A stretch of DNA of 64,000 bases from the NCBI GenBank assembly GCA_964434225.1, contig CAYSUM010000001.1, positions 36,488 through 100,487 on the forward strand, given 5' to 3'. The notes under the pieces were generated by a model. It was not told the DNA's origin. It ran no database searches and saw nothing but the letters and a program-made list of their open reading frames with translations. Source of the stretch: an uncultured Rhizobium sp. (lineage in GTDB: Bacteria > Pseudomonadota > Alphaproteobacteria > Rickettsiales > UBA1997). The translations under genes and the position numbers were made by a program. Positions 7,837 to 18,564 of this stretch are shown here, one piece after another. Each line of letters opens with the position of its first letter. Within the stretch, counting starts at the first letter, position 1.

Positions 7837-8823
7837 TCATAAAATAATTTTCTTCAACAACTCCGCAGCTTCTTTTTTGGTTTTGTCGGCAGCTTTTGAG
7901 CCTAATTCTATAGCGGCTTCGAGGGTGATTTCGCTTTGGGATTCGGTGGCGAAAACTTCGCTGCCGTCATTTGATAAAATCAGCGTTTTTAAATTTAATT
8001 TACCATTTTCTAAATCAGCGTGAACGCCGACAGGAGTTGAGCAGGAAGCTCCAAGTTCGCGCAGAAAAGCACGTTCGGCTTTTACACAAATTTGGGTTTC
8101 GCGATTATTTATTTTGGCTAAAATTTCAGAAATTCTTTGATCATCTTTGCGACTTTGAATCGCCAAAGCTCCTTGTCCGCCGGCTGGCAACATAACATCT
8201 TTTTCAATCAGATTTTTATTTTTATATCCTTTTGGACAAACCGTTTGATCTTGGCTCAAACGTTCTAAACCGCAGATTGCAAGGATCGTGGCATCAACTT
8301 CGTTATTTTCAATTTTGGTCAAACGAGTTGTAACATTACCACGGAAATTAACGATTTTTAAATCAGGGCGCAAACGCAGTAAAATCGCCTTTCTGCGCGC
8401 CGAAGAAGTTCCGACAATTGCGCCTTTTGGCAGGTCGGGAATTGCATTAAAATTTTTAGAAACAAAACAATCGCGAGCGTCAAAGCGCTTGGTAAAAGCC
8501 GCCAGATGAGTTGTATCGTGCAAAAACGGCGGCACATCTTTTGCGGAATGAACTGCAATATCGATTTTATTTTGAATCAAAGCTTCTTCGAGCTCTTTGA
8601 TGAAGAGGCCTTTACCACCAATCTCAGCAAGATTGCGATCTTGAATTTGATCACCTGAAGTTGTGATGTGAACTATTTCGATTTCTAAATTTTGAAGATA
8701 GGGAGAGAGTAAAAATCTAACTTCCTCAACCTGCGCCAATGCTAGTTTACTAGTTCTGGTACCGATTCTGATCTTGTTGGAAGTTAAAGACATCAGCGAA
8801 AACAAAAGACGGGAAGAAGTCAT
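7837..8823 (-). CDS. hemC: Porphobilinogen deaminase (hydroxymethylbilane synthase)
   Basis: Contains IRIGTRTSKLALAQ, SGDQIQD, GGKGLFIKELE, GTSSARR and ERAFLRELGASCSTPVG. An alternative ATG at 8793 gives MSLTSNKIRIGTR. Confidence 0.92.
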   Translation of the reverse strand: MTSSRLLFSLMSLTSNKIRIGTRTSKLALAQVEEVRFLLSPYLQNLEIEIVHITTSGDQIQDRNLAEIGGKGLFIKELEEALIQNKIDIAVHSAKDVPPFLHDTTHLAAFTKRFDARDCFVSKNFNAIPDLPKGAIVGTSSARRKAILLRLRPDLKIVNFRGNVTTRLTKIENNEVDATILAICGLERLSQDQTVCPKGYKNKNLIEKDVMLPAGGQGALAIQSRKDDQRISEILAKINNRETQICVKAERAFLRELGASCSTPVGVHADLENGKLNLKTLILSNDGSEVFATESQSEITLEAAIELGSKAADKTKKEAAELLKKIIL

Positions 8824-8849
8824 GCTTAAGTTTTGTCAAAGCATGAGCG

Positions 8850-8882
8850 CAAAAAAACTCTTCGCTTAAAAAACGAAGAGTT
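8850..8882 (-). terminator. Rho-independent-type terminator after rpmJ
   Basis: On the minus strand: ACTCTTCG, loop, CGAAGAGT, then T7. Confidence 0.65.
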
Positions 8883-8897
8883 GAGAGATAAGTTAGA

Positions 8898-9023
8898 CTA
8901 ACCTTGTCTAGCTTTGAATCTTGGATTTGTTTTGTTGATAACGTAAAGACGGCCTTTTCTGCGTACGATTTTGCAGTCTTTATGTCTTTTTTTAGCAGAT
9001 TTTAGTGAGTTATAAATTTTCAT
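8898..9023 (-). CDS. rpmJ: 50S ribosomal protein L36
   Basis: Not in the ORF track because it is under 60 aa. My manual translation is [41 protein letters not shown], which matches the alphaproteobacterial L36 pattern. Confidence 0.85.
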   Translation of the reverse strand: MKIYNSLKSAKKRHKDCKIVRRKGRLYVINKTNPRFKARQG

Positions 9024-9130
9024 CTTGAGATCCTTTTTATAAATTTTAGGAATTTTTTAAACTTGGAAGAGCAGGCCTTTCAAAGAGACGGCGCAAGTTA
9101 GTTTTGGCAAAACAAATTGTCAACCAGTCT

Positions 9131-9178
9131 ATACCAAACTACAAATTTATTGATCGCATTAACTTTGTAGTTTGGTAT
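9131..9178. repeat. Perfect 15-bp-stem inverted repeat immediately downstream of nuoD
   Basis: ATACCAAACTACAAA, 18 nt, TTTGTAGTTTGGTAT. The TATACCAAACTAC string recurs at 23404-23416. Confidence 0.7.
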
Positions 9179-9180
9179 GG

Positions 9181-10362
9181 TTAACGATCGACTTCTCCAA
9201 ATACAATATCTTGTGTTGAGATTACAGTGACAACATCCGCCAACATGTGACCTTTAACCATAAATTCTAAACCTTGCAAATGCGCAAAACCAGGAGCTCT
9301 TACGCGGCAACGATGCGGCTTATTTCCGCCATCAGAAATTATATAAACTCCGAACTCGCCTTTTGGCGCTTCAACAGCGGCATAAGCTTCACCTTTTGGA
9401 ACGTGATAACCCTCGGTGAATAATTTAAAATGGTTGATAAGAGCTTCCATCGAGTGCTTCATTTCTGGTCTTTTTGGTGGTGTAATTTTGGTGTCAGAAG
9501 TGCTTACTGGGCCTTCTGGCATTTTTTCTAAACATTGGTTAATCAATTTAATCGATTCGCGCATTTCGGCAACACGGATCAAATAACGGTCGTAAGAATC
9601 GCCATGCTTGCCAACCGGAACGTCAAAATCTAATTCGCCGTAAACTTCATAAGGTTGACTTTTGCGCAAGTCCCACGCGATTCCTGAACCGCGAATCATT
9701 GGACCAGAAAAACCGAAATCCAAAGCTTGCTCTTTTGAAACGATTCCAACTTCGGCCATACGTTGTTTGAAGATTCGATTTTCGGTTAAAAGCATCTCCA
9801 AATCGTCAATTAATTTTGGGAAATTTTTGGCAAATTCGGCGATTTCTTCAAGCAAGCCGTCGGGCAAATCTTGATGAACTCCGCCGGGACGGATGTAAGC
9901 TGAGTGCATTCTGGAGCCAGAAACTTTTTCGTAAAATCCCATCATTTTCTCGCGTTCTTCAAACATCCAAAGCAACGGAGTCATCGCACCCACGTCAAGA
10001 GCCTGAGTGGTTACAGCCATGATGTGATTTAAAATTCTGGTAATTTCAGAAAATAAAACACGGATAAATTGGCCGCGACGCGGAATTTGACAGCCTAAAA
10101 GTTTTTCAACGCAAAGTGCATAAGCATGTTCTTGGCACATTGGCGACACGTAATCTAAACGGTCGAAATATGGCACAGCTTGTAGATAAGTTTTATATTC
10201 GATTAATTTTTCAGTTCCGCGATGCAACAAGCCGATATGAGGATCGGCACGAGTAATCACCTCGCCATCCATTTCCAGAATTAAACGCAAAACCCCGTGA
10301 GCGGCTGGATGTTGCGGACCAAAGTTAATGGTAACGTTTTTGGTTTCTGATTGAAGAGTCAT
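9181..10362 (-). CDS. nuoD: NADH-quinone oxidoreductase subunit D
   Basis: Contains [27 protein letters not shown] and a C-terminal DIVFGEVDR. Confidence 0.95.
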   Translation of the reverse strand: MTLQSETKNVTINFGPQHPAAHGVLRLILEMDGEVITRADPHIGLLHRGTEKLIEYKTYLQAVPYFDRLDYVSPMCQEHAYALCVEKLLGCQIPRRGQFIRVLFSEITRILNHIMAVTTQALDVGAMTPLLWMFEEREKMMGFYEKVSGSRMHSAYIRPGGVHQDLPDGLLEEIAEFAKNFPKLIDDLEMLLTENRIFKQRMAEVGIVSKEQALDFGFSGPMIRGSGIAWDLRKSQPYEVYGELDFDVPVGKHGDSYDRYLIRVAEMRESIKLINQCLEKMPEGPVSTSDTKITPPKRPEMKHSMEALINHFKLFTEGYHVPKGEAYAAVEAPKGEFGVYIISDGGNKPHRCRVRAPGFAHLQGLEFMVKGHMLADVVTVISTQDIVFGEVDR

Positions 10363-10473
10363 GTTTGATTGATTTTTTTGCGAAAAAGGAAGGATATCAA
10401 GCTTTTTAAAATTTGACGGGAAAAAAACAAATTAAAAATAATCCTCTTTGAAAAAGGATTCATATGTTTGGCT

Positions 10474-10546
10474 GTCATTGCGAGTGCAGCATGGCAACTC
10501 AGAGTGGTATAATTTTAATGGGTTGCAACGCTGCGCTCGCAATGAC
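10474..10546. repeat. RPE-like palindromic element
   Basis: GTCATTGCGAGTGCAGC...GCTGCGCTCGCAATGAC. Its centre is homologous to the 4155-4228 element. Confidence 0.75.
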
Positions 10547-10573
10547 GCTGTTGTAAATTTTAAAAATGAAGCC

Positions 10574-11515
10574 TCAAAAACTCTGAGTTAAAATGCCATC
10601 AACAGAAATTTTCACCTCAGCACCCAAAACCAATGGTAGCATGCTTCTGGAATGTCCCAAAGATTTTGATTTTTCTTGCCAAAGCGGAATTTCTAAACCC
10701 GCTTCCAACAATTTTTCTGCGAATTTTTTTATCGCCATTTCGATATTTTTCCCCTTCGGCGTTCCGTGCGGATTGGCTTCTAAAAAATTCCCAAGCACAA
10801 TCGCCTTTGGTATTTTTTTTTGCTGCGAAATTATTTGTACGATTTGATAAAAATAGCGATCAAGCCTTTCGCCGTCCTCTCCTTCGTCTTCAAGAAATAA
10901 AATTTTATCTTGCCAATTGATTTGATTTTTAGTGCCAAATTGGCCAGCAAGAACGCTGACACAACCGCCAACGATAATCGCATTCACCGATTTTTTTTCA
11001 GAAGAAATTAAATTTAACGAATATTTTAATTCAGTTTTTTTGCCAAAAATAAAATCTACAATCGCCTTTGCAGATTTTTCTGTAACCTTGTTGAGCGCAA
11101 TTTGAGCAAGCATTGGCGCACTTACAATTTTCCAACCCCATTCTTCAAGCAAAAAATTATTCAACGAAGAAATATCGGAAAATCCGATAAAAATTTTCGG
11201 GATTTTTGGTTTTTTCATTTTTACTAAAAATGGCAGCAACTCAGCGCTGCCATAGCCTCCGCGCGCGCACCAAATTATTTTCGAATCAGATTCAACAGAT
11301 TTTTTAAATTGCTCGAAGCGGTGTGAAGCTTTAAAAGACGGGAATTCGTGACTTATCGATTTTTTTAACGTTGTTTCTTTTTCTAAAAAAATATTCGGTG
11401 TAAGTCCGATTTTTTTGACAAAATTTTTGATTTTTTTCACCTCATCAAAAGTGCCTGCGGTTCCTAAGAAAACCACATCTACTACATCATTTTTTTTTAG
11501 AAATTTTAGATTCAT
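10574..11515 (-). CDS. LD-carboxypeptidase (peptidase S66, LdcA/MccF-like)
   Basis: Contains IWCARGGYGSAELLPFL and GFSDISSLN. I prefer the ATG at 11515 over the TTG at 11593. Confidence 0.75.
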   Translation of the reverse strand: MNLKFLKKNDVVDVVFLGTAGTFDEVKKIKNFVKKIGLTPNIFLEKETTLKKSISHEFPSFKASHRFEQFKKSVESDSKIIWCARGGYGSAELLPFLVKMKKPKIPKIFIGFSDISSLNNFLLEEWGWKIVSAPMLAQIALNKVTEKSAKAIVDFIFGKKTELKYSLNLISSEKKSVNAIIVGGCVSVLAGQFGTKNQINWQDKILFLEDEGEDGERLDRYFYQIVQIISQQKKIPKAIVLGNFLEANPHGTPKGKNIEMAIKKFAEKLLEAGLEIPLWQEKSKSLGHSRSMLPLVLGAEVKISVDGILTQSF

Positions 11516-11596
11516 TTTATCTTGAGAATTTAGTTTACATTTAGCTGCGTGAATTTGTATTTTGGTTTCATAATTTCCAATTAAAAATCTCAAAAA

Positions 11597-13114
11597 ATGA
11601 CTAAAGAAAAAGTCATCATCTTCGACACAACATTACGAGATGGTGAACAAGCTCCTGGCGCGACAATGAATTTGGAAGAAAAGTTATTGATCGCCAAAAC
11701 CTTAGAAAAAATGGGAGTTGATGTGATTGAAGCTGGCTTTCCTGCCGCTTCCAATGGCGATTTTGAAGCGGTAAATCGTATCGCAAAAACTATCAAAAAT
11801 TCTACGATTTGCGGCCTTGCTCGCGCTAAAAAATCCGATATTGAAAAGGCTGGCGAAGCCGTGAAACCAGCATCTCGTCCTCGTATTCATACTTTTCTTG
11901 CCACGTCGCCAATTCACATGCAATACAAGTTAAAAATGGACGAAGCGCAAGTGCTCAATGCAATCACTGAAAGCGTTTCTTTGGCGCGAAATCTTTGTCC
12001 AGAAGTTGATTGGTCGCCCGAAGATGCAACTCGTTCAAATCGTGATTTTTTATTTACTGCGATTGAAACTGCGATTAAGGCTGGAGCCAATACCATCAAT
12101 ATTCCTGATACTGTTGGATACACAACTCCTGAAGAATATTTTGATTTAATTTCAGCAATCAAAAACAATGTTACCAATATCGACAAAGCAATAATTTCCA
12201 CTCATTGCCACAATGATTTGGGGCTTGCAGTTGCCAATTCTTTAGCGGCAATGCGCGCAGGTGCACGACAAATTGAATGCACAATTAATGGCATCGGCGA
12301 GCGCGCTGGTAATGCAGCTTTGGAAGAAATTGTCATGGCAATCAAAACTCGTGGCGATTCTTATGGAGTTAAGACTTCAATCGACACCACAATGATCACA
12401 CGCGTTTCAAAACTAGTCGCCAGCATCACTGGTTTTCATGTGCAATATAACAAGGCTATTGTAGGCGCTAACGCCTTTGCTCATGAAAGCGGAATTCATC
12501 AAGACGGAATTCTAAAGAACCGTGAGACTTACGAGATCATGACTCCGGAATCTGTCGGTTTAGAAAAATCTTCTTTAATTTTAGGAAAACTTTCTGGTCG
12601 CGCAGCTTTCAAAGATCGCCTAAAAGAAATCGGTTACGACCTTTCCGAAGAAATGCTCAACGAAGCTTTCAAAAAATTCAAAGATTTGGCTGATAAGAAA
12701 AAAGAAATACTCGACGAAGACATTGTTTCCTTAGTTGACGACTCAATTGTGAACCAAAAATCACGCTATATTTTGAGCAATTTAGAAGTTAAATGCAGTA
12801 CAGGTGAAGAGGCTTGTGTCAACGTCAAAATAAAAATTGACAATGATGAGCTCACGACTAATTTCCGCTCGAAAGACGGTCCAGTAGATGCTATTTTTAA
12901 TGCCATCAAAGAGTTAATCCCGCACAATGCCAGCCTTGATTTATATCAAGTTCAAGCAGTTACGGAAGGAACGGACGCTCAGGCTACAGTGGCTGTCAGA
13001 TTAAAACAAAATAACAGGATTTTCAGCGCTAATGGTGCCGACACCGATGTGTTGACCGCCTCTGCGATTGCCTACATTAACTGCCTTGACAAACTTCAAA
13101 CCAATTTAGGATAA
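11597..13114 (+). CDS. leuA: 2-isopropylmalate synthase family (LeuA-type, with C-terminal LeuA dimerisation/regulatory domain)
   Basis: Contains [49 protein letters not shown] and HESGIHQDG. Confidence 0.88.
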   Translation: MTKEKVIIFDTTLRDGEQAPGATMNLEEKLLIAKTLEKMGVDVIEAGFPAASNGDFEAVNRIAKTIKNSTICGLARAKKSDIEKAGEAVKPASRPRIHTFLATSPIHMQYKLKMDEAQVLNAITESVSLARNLCPEVDWSPEDATRSNRDFLFTAIETAIKAGANTINIPDTVGYTTPEEYFDLISAIKNNVTNIDKAIISTHCHNDLGLAVANSLAAMRAGARQIECTINGIGERAGNAALEEIVMAIKTRGDSYGVKTSIDTTMITRVSKLVASITGFHVQYNKAIVGANAFAHESGIHQDGILKNRETYEIMTPESVGLEKSSLILGKLSGRAAFKDRLKEIGYDLSEEMLNEAFKKFKDLADKKKEILDEDIVSLVDDSIVNQKSRYILSNLEVKCSTGEEACVNVKIKIDNDELTTNFRSKDGPVDAIFNAIKELIPHNASLDLYQVQAVTEGTDAQATVAVRLKQNNRIFSANGADTDVLTASAIAYINCLDKLQTNLG

Positions 13115-14157
<1,043 letters not shown>

Positions 14158-14158
<1 letters not shown>

Positions 14159-14997
14159 TGAAGCCATATCTTAACTTCTCGCAAACCAAATCCAATTACA
14201 GCCTCCAGCACAATTTCACTCTGATTTTTCGGAAAATTGAGCTGGTGGTTTTTTGTTTTTTATGCGTGATTTTTTTGATCACTTCTAGGCTCAATAAAGA
14301 TTTTACCGATAATGTCTCGATGGGATTTGTTTCGGTATCACTGCCAGTTGTTAAATTCGCCGCCTTCCCATTCAACGCCACAATTAATCTCCTTATCAAT
14401 TTCAGCGATTTGGTTGATGCCAAAAAAGAAAATGCCACACTCAAAGAAGAGATCGAAAAACTCCGCAGCTTCTACATAAAATCACTCAACATCAATCGTG
14501 AAAATAAAGAGCTAAAAGACACTTTACGTTTTGTTACCACTAAAAGCTCTAGCTTCAAAGTTGCTCGCATCGTGGGTCGTTCGCATCAAATGTTTAATCA
14601 AACTTTATTCATCGATGCCGGGAAAAATCGTGGCCTTAAAGAAGGAAGCATCGTCACTGGAAATCACGGCGTAATTGGCAGAATCTCGCAAGTTGGCGAA
14701 AATCAATCACGAATTATTTTAGCAACTGACGCCAATTCGCGCATTCCAGTTCTAGCCTCCAAAGCAAGAGTGCGCGGTATTTTATCTGGAAACAATAGCG
14801 CAATAATGGAAATTTTATACTTACAGAAAAACCATGCTATTCACGCTGGCGATTGGATCTTCACTTCTGGAGATGGCGACACTCTTCCTCCAGGATTGCT
14901 GATCGGAGTTGTTAAAAAAGTCGATAAATCCTATGCCGCTGTTGAGATGATTGAAAATATCAATAATGCTGACATCGTTACAATTATGGATTATTAA
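14158..14997 (+). CDS. mreC: Rod shape-determining protein MreC
   Basis: Sits directly after mreB. It has an N-terminal TM segment, a coiled coil (ENATLKEEIEKLR), and beta-rich C-terminal segments GLLIGVV and GxxVxT. Confidence 0.85.
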
Positions 14998-15061
14998 GCC
15001 ATTGCGGGCAAAGCGAAACAGCCAAGAATGATGCAGAAACTTTTACCAAAGTCCTAAACCT

Positions 15062-15655
15062 CTATCTCTTCTTCTCCTCAAATTTCTTCATTTCTTTCAT
15101 CATAAACGGAACCTGTGAAATCGTAAATATCAACGATATAGGCATCATTCCAAAAACTTTAAATTGCACCCAAAAATCGGTAGAAAAATTTCTCCAAATT
15201 ACTTCATTCAAACAAGCCAAAAAAACAAAAAACCCACCCCAACGCAAACTTAAAGATAACCACGCTTGTTTTGCCATCTGAACCTTTGCGCCTATTAAAT
15301 TCGCAAGCCAAAGCTTCTTAGTAAAATAGCAGTAAAATAAAATCGCCGCAAAAATAAGATTAATCACGGTAGGTTTCATTTTAATAAAAATATCATTTTG
15401 CAAAATGATAGTAGCAGCCCCAAACACTGCCAAAACAAGCCCTGAAAACAAAGCGACTTTGGCAATTTTTTTAGTTAAAATATATGCAACCACTAAAGCA
15501 ATTATAGTTGCAATCATCAAAGCGATGGTCGCTGCAATCAGTGGATTGGCGCTTGGAACCAATTTATAAAAAATAAAAAAAACTGCCAAAGGAACATAAT
15601 CGCAAAGAAAATTAGCCCAAGATTCACGGTGATTTTTTGAAGATTTTTTAGTCAT
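15062..15655 (-). CDS. yciB: Intracellular septation protein A (YciB/IspZ family)
   Basis: Five-TM protein beginning DYVPLAVFFIFYKL. The ATG at 15655 overlaps the upstream TAA as TAATG. Confidence 0.7.
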   Translation of the reverse strand: MTKKSSKNHRESWANFLCDYVPLAVFFIFYKLVPSANPLIAATIALMIATIIALVVAYILTKKIAKVALFSGLVLAVFGAATIILQNDIFIKMKPTVINLIFAAILFYCYFTKKLWLANLIGAKVQMAKQAWLSLSLRWGGFFVFLACLNEVIWRNFSTDFWVQFKVFGMMPISLIFTISQVPFMMKEMKKFEEKKR

Positions 15656-16248
15656 TATTCGCAAGTTAAAGTGGATTTAGGATCTGCATCTTTAGTGATT
15701 TTTTGTAGAATGATTTGATAAGTTAGGTCGGTTTTATTTTCCTGCAAAAATTGCGCCAAATCCTTGTCATCGCCTTGAAAACCTTGGGGAATTTTGATTT
15801 CTCTAACCCCACCCTTCTTCATGCCGATAATATTTTTTTCAATCAGCCAACGCTCTTTGCTGCCAATCAAAAATTTTGCCGAAGGAGTGTTCATCAAATT
15901 TTTAGCTTTATCAGAATTAAGAGAAATAAAAACCTCAACTTCCTCACCGCAAACCACTGATTTCTCGCCCGAACCCAAACTCAAATCTTTTGCCACAGCT
16001 TCTGTTGACGGTAATATTACTTTTCCATCTTTTTCGACCTCTTGCGCTTCAGTGTAAGAGTTCACCGCTTGCACATTGCTGGCGATAAATTTTCCTTTTT
16101 CTTGGATATCGTTCAAATTTTTTTTGATTTGCTTGGAAGAAAAACGATTACCCAAACTTTGCGGATTGTTTTTGTTGTGGAAAAGCGCGAAATAAAGAAC
16201 CGCAACAATTCCAATAATTTTAATTAACGGATTTTCTAAGAGTTTCAT
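15655..16248 (-). CDS. Membrane-anchored FKBP-like domain protein (tentative)
   Basis: N-terminal TM segment. The C-terminal segment FLIGSKERWLIEKNIIGMKKGGVREIKIPQGF resembles the FKBP core pattern. Confidence 0.4.
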   Translation of the reverse strand: MKLLENPLIKIIGIVAVLYFALFHNKNNPQSLGNRFSSKQIKKNLNDIQEKGKFIASNVQAVNSYTEAQEVEKDGKVILPSTEAVAKDLSLGSGEKSVVCGEEVEVFISLNSDKAKNLMNTPSAKFLIGSKERWLIEKNIIGMKKGGVREIKIPQGFQGDDKDLAQFLQENKTDLTYQIILQKITKDADPKSTLTCE

Positions 16249-16251
16249 GAT

Positions 16252-16878
16252 CTAAATGCTTTTAATTATGGATTCTTTGATCGCGCCGTGACGTAAAATT
16301 TCGACTTGCTTGTCAGCGATTTTTATAACAGTGGAAATATTTTTCTGCGCCAAAATTCCGCCATCAACCACTAAATCCAAATTGGAATTTGCAAAATATT
16401 TTTCAACTTCTTTAGCGTTTGTTGCCGCTTCTTCTCCAGCTAAATTAGCACTTGTTACTGCCAAAATTCCGTCAAATTCTGCCATTAATTTTTTTACAAA
16501 ATCACTATCAACTATACGAAATCCTAAAAAATTTTGGACGTTGGAATTTAAGTTTCTCGCAATTTTTATTACACTTTTTTGTCTTTGTTTAAGCACCAAA
16601 GTTAAGCTTCCAGGTAAAAATCTGGCGGCGATTTTTTTCGCTAAATCATCGAAATAAAAAATAGATTCTGCTGTCTCAATATCTTTCACAAAAATTGCAA
16701 TTGGCTTTTTTGTATCGCGTTTTTTTAAACTATATAAAAGCTCAACAGCGCTTTCATTTGTGGCATCCACAGCAATTCCGTAAACAGTGTCAGTCGCAAA
16801 AGAAATTGCCTTTCCTGCGCGCAAAAATTTGCAAGCCAGCGCCAAAACTTCGTCGCTATTTTCTGGTACTATTTTCAT
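16252..16878 (-). CDS. tsaC: L-threonylcarbamoyladenylate synthase (TsaC/YrdC/Sua5 family)
   Basis: Contains ISFATDTVYGIAVDATN, KKRDTKKPIAIFV and LAVTSANLAGE. Confidence 0.85.
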   Translation of the reverse strand: MKIVPENSDEVLALACKFLRAGKAISFATDTVYGIAVDATNESAVELLYSLKKRDTKKPIAIFVKDIETAESIFYFDDLAKKIAARFLPGSLTLVLKQRQKSVIKIARNLNSNVQNFLGFRIVDSDFVKKLMAEFDGILAVTSANLAGEEAATNAKEVEKYFANSNLDLVVDGGILAQKNISTVIKIADKQVEILRHGAIKESIIKSI

Positions 16879-17509
16879 TCACTAAATTTTTTATCGGCTG
16901 AAAAGTTTTGCGATGAAATTCGCAAATACCAAATTTCATAATTCTCTCAACATGTAGTTTTGTGGGATAAGCAGCATTTTTATCCCAAGAATATTGGGGA
17001 AATTTTTGATGCAGATCGCACATTATTTCATCACGAGTTTCTTTAGCAACAATCGAAGCCGCAGCAATTGAAAGGCTTTTTTGGTCGCCTTTTACGATTG
17101 GTAAAATTTGTTTTATTTCATCGCAAATTTCAAAAGGCTTCATATTGCCGTCAATCAAAAGCACTTGGGGCTTGATGGAATATTTTTTACACAAATCTTC
17201 GTAAGCCAAAAACATCGCCAATTTTGTTGCCTGCAAAATATTAATCTCATCAATTTTTTGAGCATCAACTATACCAATTCCAAAGCGAGAATTTTCTTTT
17301 AATTTTAGGAAAATTTTCTGACGAATTTTCGCCGATAATTTTTTGGAATCGTTAATTTCTTGCGGATAATTTTTACGATCCAAAATAACACAGGCCGCAA
17401 CTACGGGGCCAGCTAGCGGACCTCTTCCCGCCTCATCAATTCCGGCAACCAACAAATTTTGACAGGAATTTTCGATCAAAAAATCAGGACAAGTTTTCTG
17501 TTCTTGCAT
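16856..17509 (-). CDS. rnhB: Ribonuclease HII
   Basis: Contains AGIDEAGRGPLAGPVVAA and SIAAASIVAK. Confidence 0.92.
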   Translation of the reverse strand: MQEQKTCPDFLIENSCQNLLVAGIDEAGRGPLAGPVVAACVILDRKNYPQEINDSKKLSAKIRQKIFLKLKENSRFGIGIVDAQKIDEINILQATKLAMFLAYEDLCKKYSIKPQVLLIDGNMKPFEICDEIKQILPIVKGDQKSLSIAAASIVAKETRDEIMCDLHQKFPQYSWDKNAAYPTKLHVERIMKFGICEFHRKTFQPIKNLVNENSTRK

Positions 17510-17598
17510 TTAAGTAACAGGTTAATTTTAATAAAAAAATCTTTGTCGCTTTAGACAGCTATACCCAATCTATTTTCAATAATTTAAATTACACAACC

Positions 17599-18471
17599 AT
17601 GTCCTTTTTGAATAAAAGCAGCTTTAACAGCAAGCCTTCTTTGGCCAAACCAGTCGCAATCATCGTAGCAATTCTTTTGGTAATCGGCGGCTCTTATACA
17701 CTTCTTGGTAAAAAAGGCGAAACCGCTACCGAAAATAAAAAAGACCAAGCTCAGCTTGAACAAGCTGAAATCCAGCCAAGCGGTTTAGATAAAGACATGG
17801 ATGTTGACGATGTTGCTGACGTTGAAAAAGTTATCGCAAAATGGATTGAAGCTAATCCAAAAGCCATCATCGCTTCTGTTACCAACATGCAGAAAAAAGC
17901 TATGTCTGATCAAATGAAGGATGCTCAAAAAAATATCACAACCAAAAAAGAAGAGCTTTATAACGATCCAACTTCTGCCTCTCACGGCGCAGCTGATGCT
18001 GACGTAACTATAGTTGAATTTTTCGACTACGCTTGCGGCTATTGCAAAAAAGCTCAGGCTTCTGTGAGTCAACTTCTTAACGAAGATAAAAAAGTTAAAG
18101 TCATCTACAAAGAATATCCAATCCTTGGTCAAGCTTCAGTTGAAATGGCTCAAGTTGCAGTTGCAGTGAACATGATTGATCCAGCTAGTTACAAAAAATT
18201 TCATGATGCCTTGATGAAATCAAATGCTCACAGCAAAGACGAGGCGATCAAAATTGCTAAATCTATCGGAATTAGCGGCGAAAAATTGGATAAAACTTTG
18301 AAAAATGATGGCGAAAAAATTGGTAAAATTTTGCAAGCCAACTCAGTTCTTGGCGCTTCAATTGGCATCAGCGGAACTCCTGGATTCATAATTGGCGAAG
18401 AGTTAATTCCAGGCGCAGTCGACGTTGCCACCTTTAAAGAAAAAATCGCTGCACTTAGAAACAAAAAATAA
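17599..18471 (+). CDS. DsbA-family thiol:disulfide oxidoreductase (Com1-like periplasmic/outer membrane protein)
   Basis: Signal-anchor sequence, thioredoxin fold with FFDYACGYCKK (CxxC), and a C-terminal GTPGFIIG. Confidence 0.8.
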   Translation: MSFLNKSSFNSKPSLAKPVAIIVAILLVIGGSYTLLGKKGETATENKKDQAQLEQAEIQPSGLDKDMDVDDVADVEKVIAKWIEANPKAIIASVTNMQKKAMSDQMKDAQKNITTKKEELYNDPTSASHGAADADVTIVEFFDYACGYCKKAQASVSQLLNEDKKVKVIYKEYPILGQASVEMAQVAVAVNMIDPASYKKFHDALMKSNAHSKDEAIKIAKSIGISGEKLDKTLKNDGEKIGKILQANSVLGASIGISGTPGFIIGEELIPGAVDVATFKEKIAALRNKK

Positions 18472-18495
18472 CTTGAATTGCATCATTTTTGAGAC

Positions 18496-18536
18496 GTTGA
18501 AGGGATTCGCGAGGTCAACTCGTCAATCCCTTCAAC
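18496..18536. repeat. 12-bp perfect inverted repeat downstream of the DsbA-family gene
   Basis: GTTGAAGGGATT, 17 nt, AATCCCTTCAAC. No T-run follows. Confidence 0.55.
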
Positions 18537-18564
18537 CGACTTAGAAGACGCAATCACTCTCAAT

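Noticed and set aside
874-7843. The module, considered as a classical integrative element or genomic island carrying integrase, transposase or tRNA-linked att sites.
   Set aside because: No recombinase, transposase, phage or conjugation genes and no tRNA gene are present. The flanking repeats are 369 bp of hemC coding sequence rather than short att cores. I therefore report it only as a homologous-recombination or duplication footprint.
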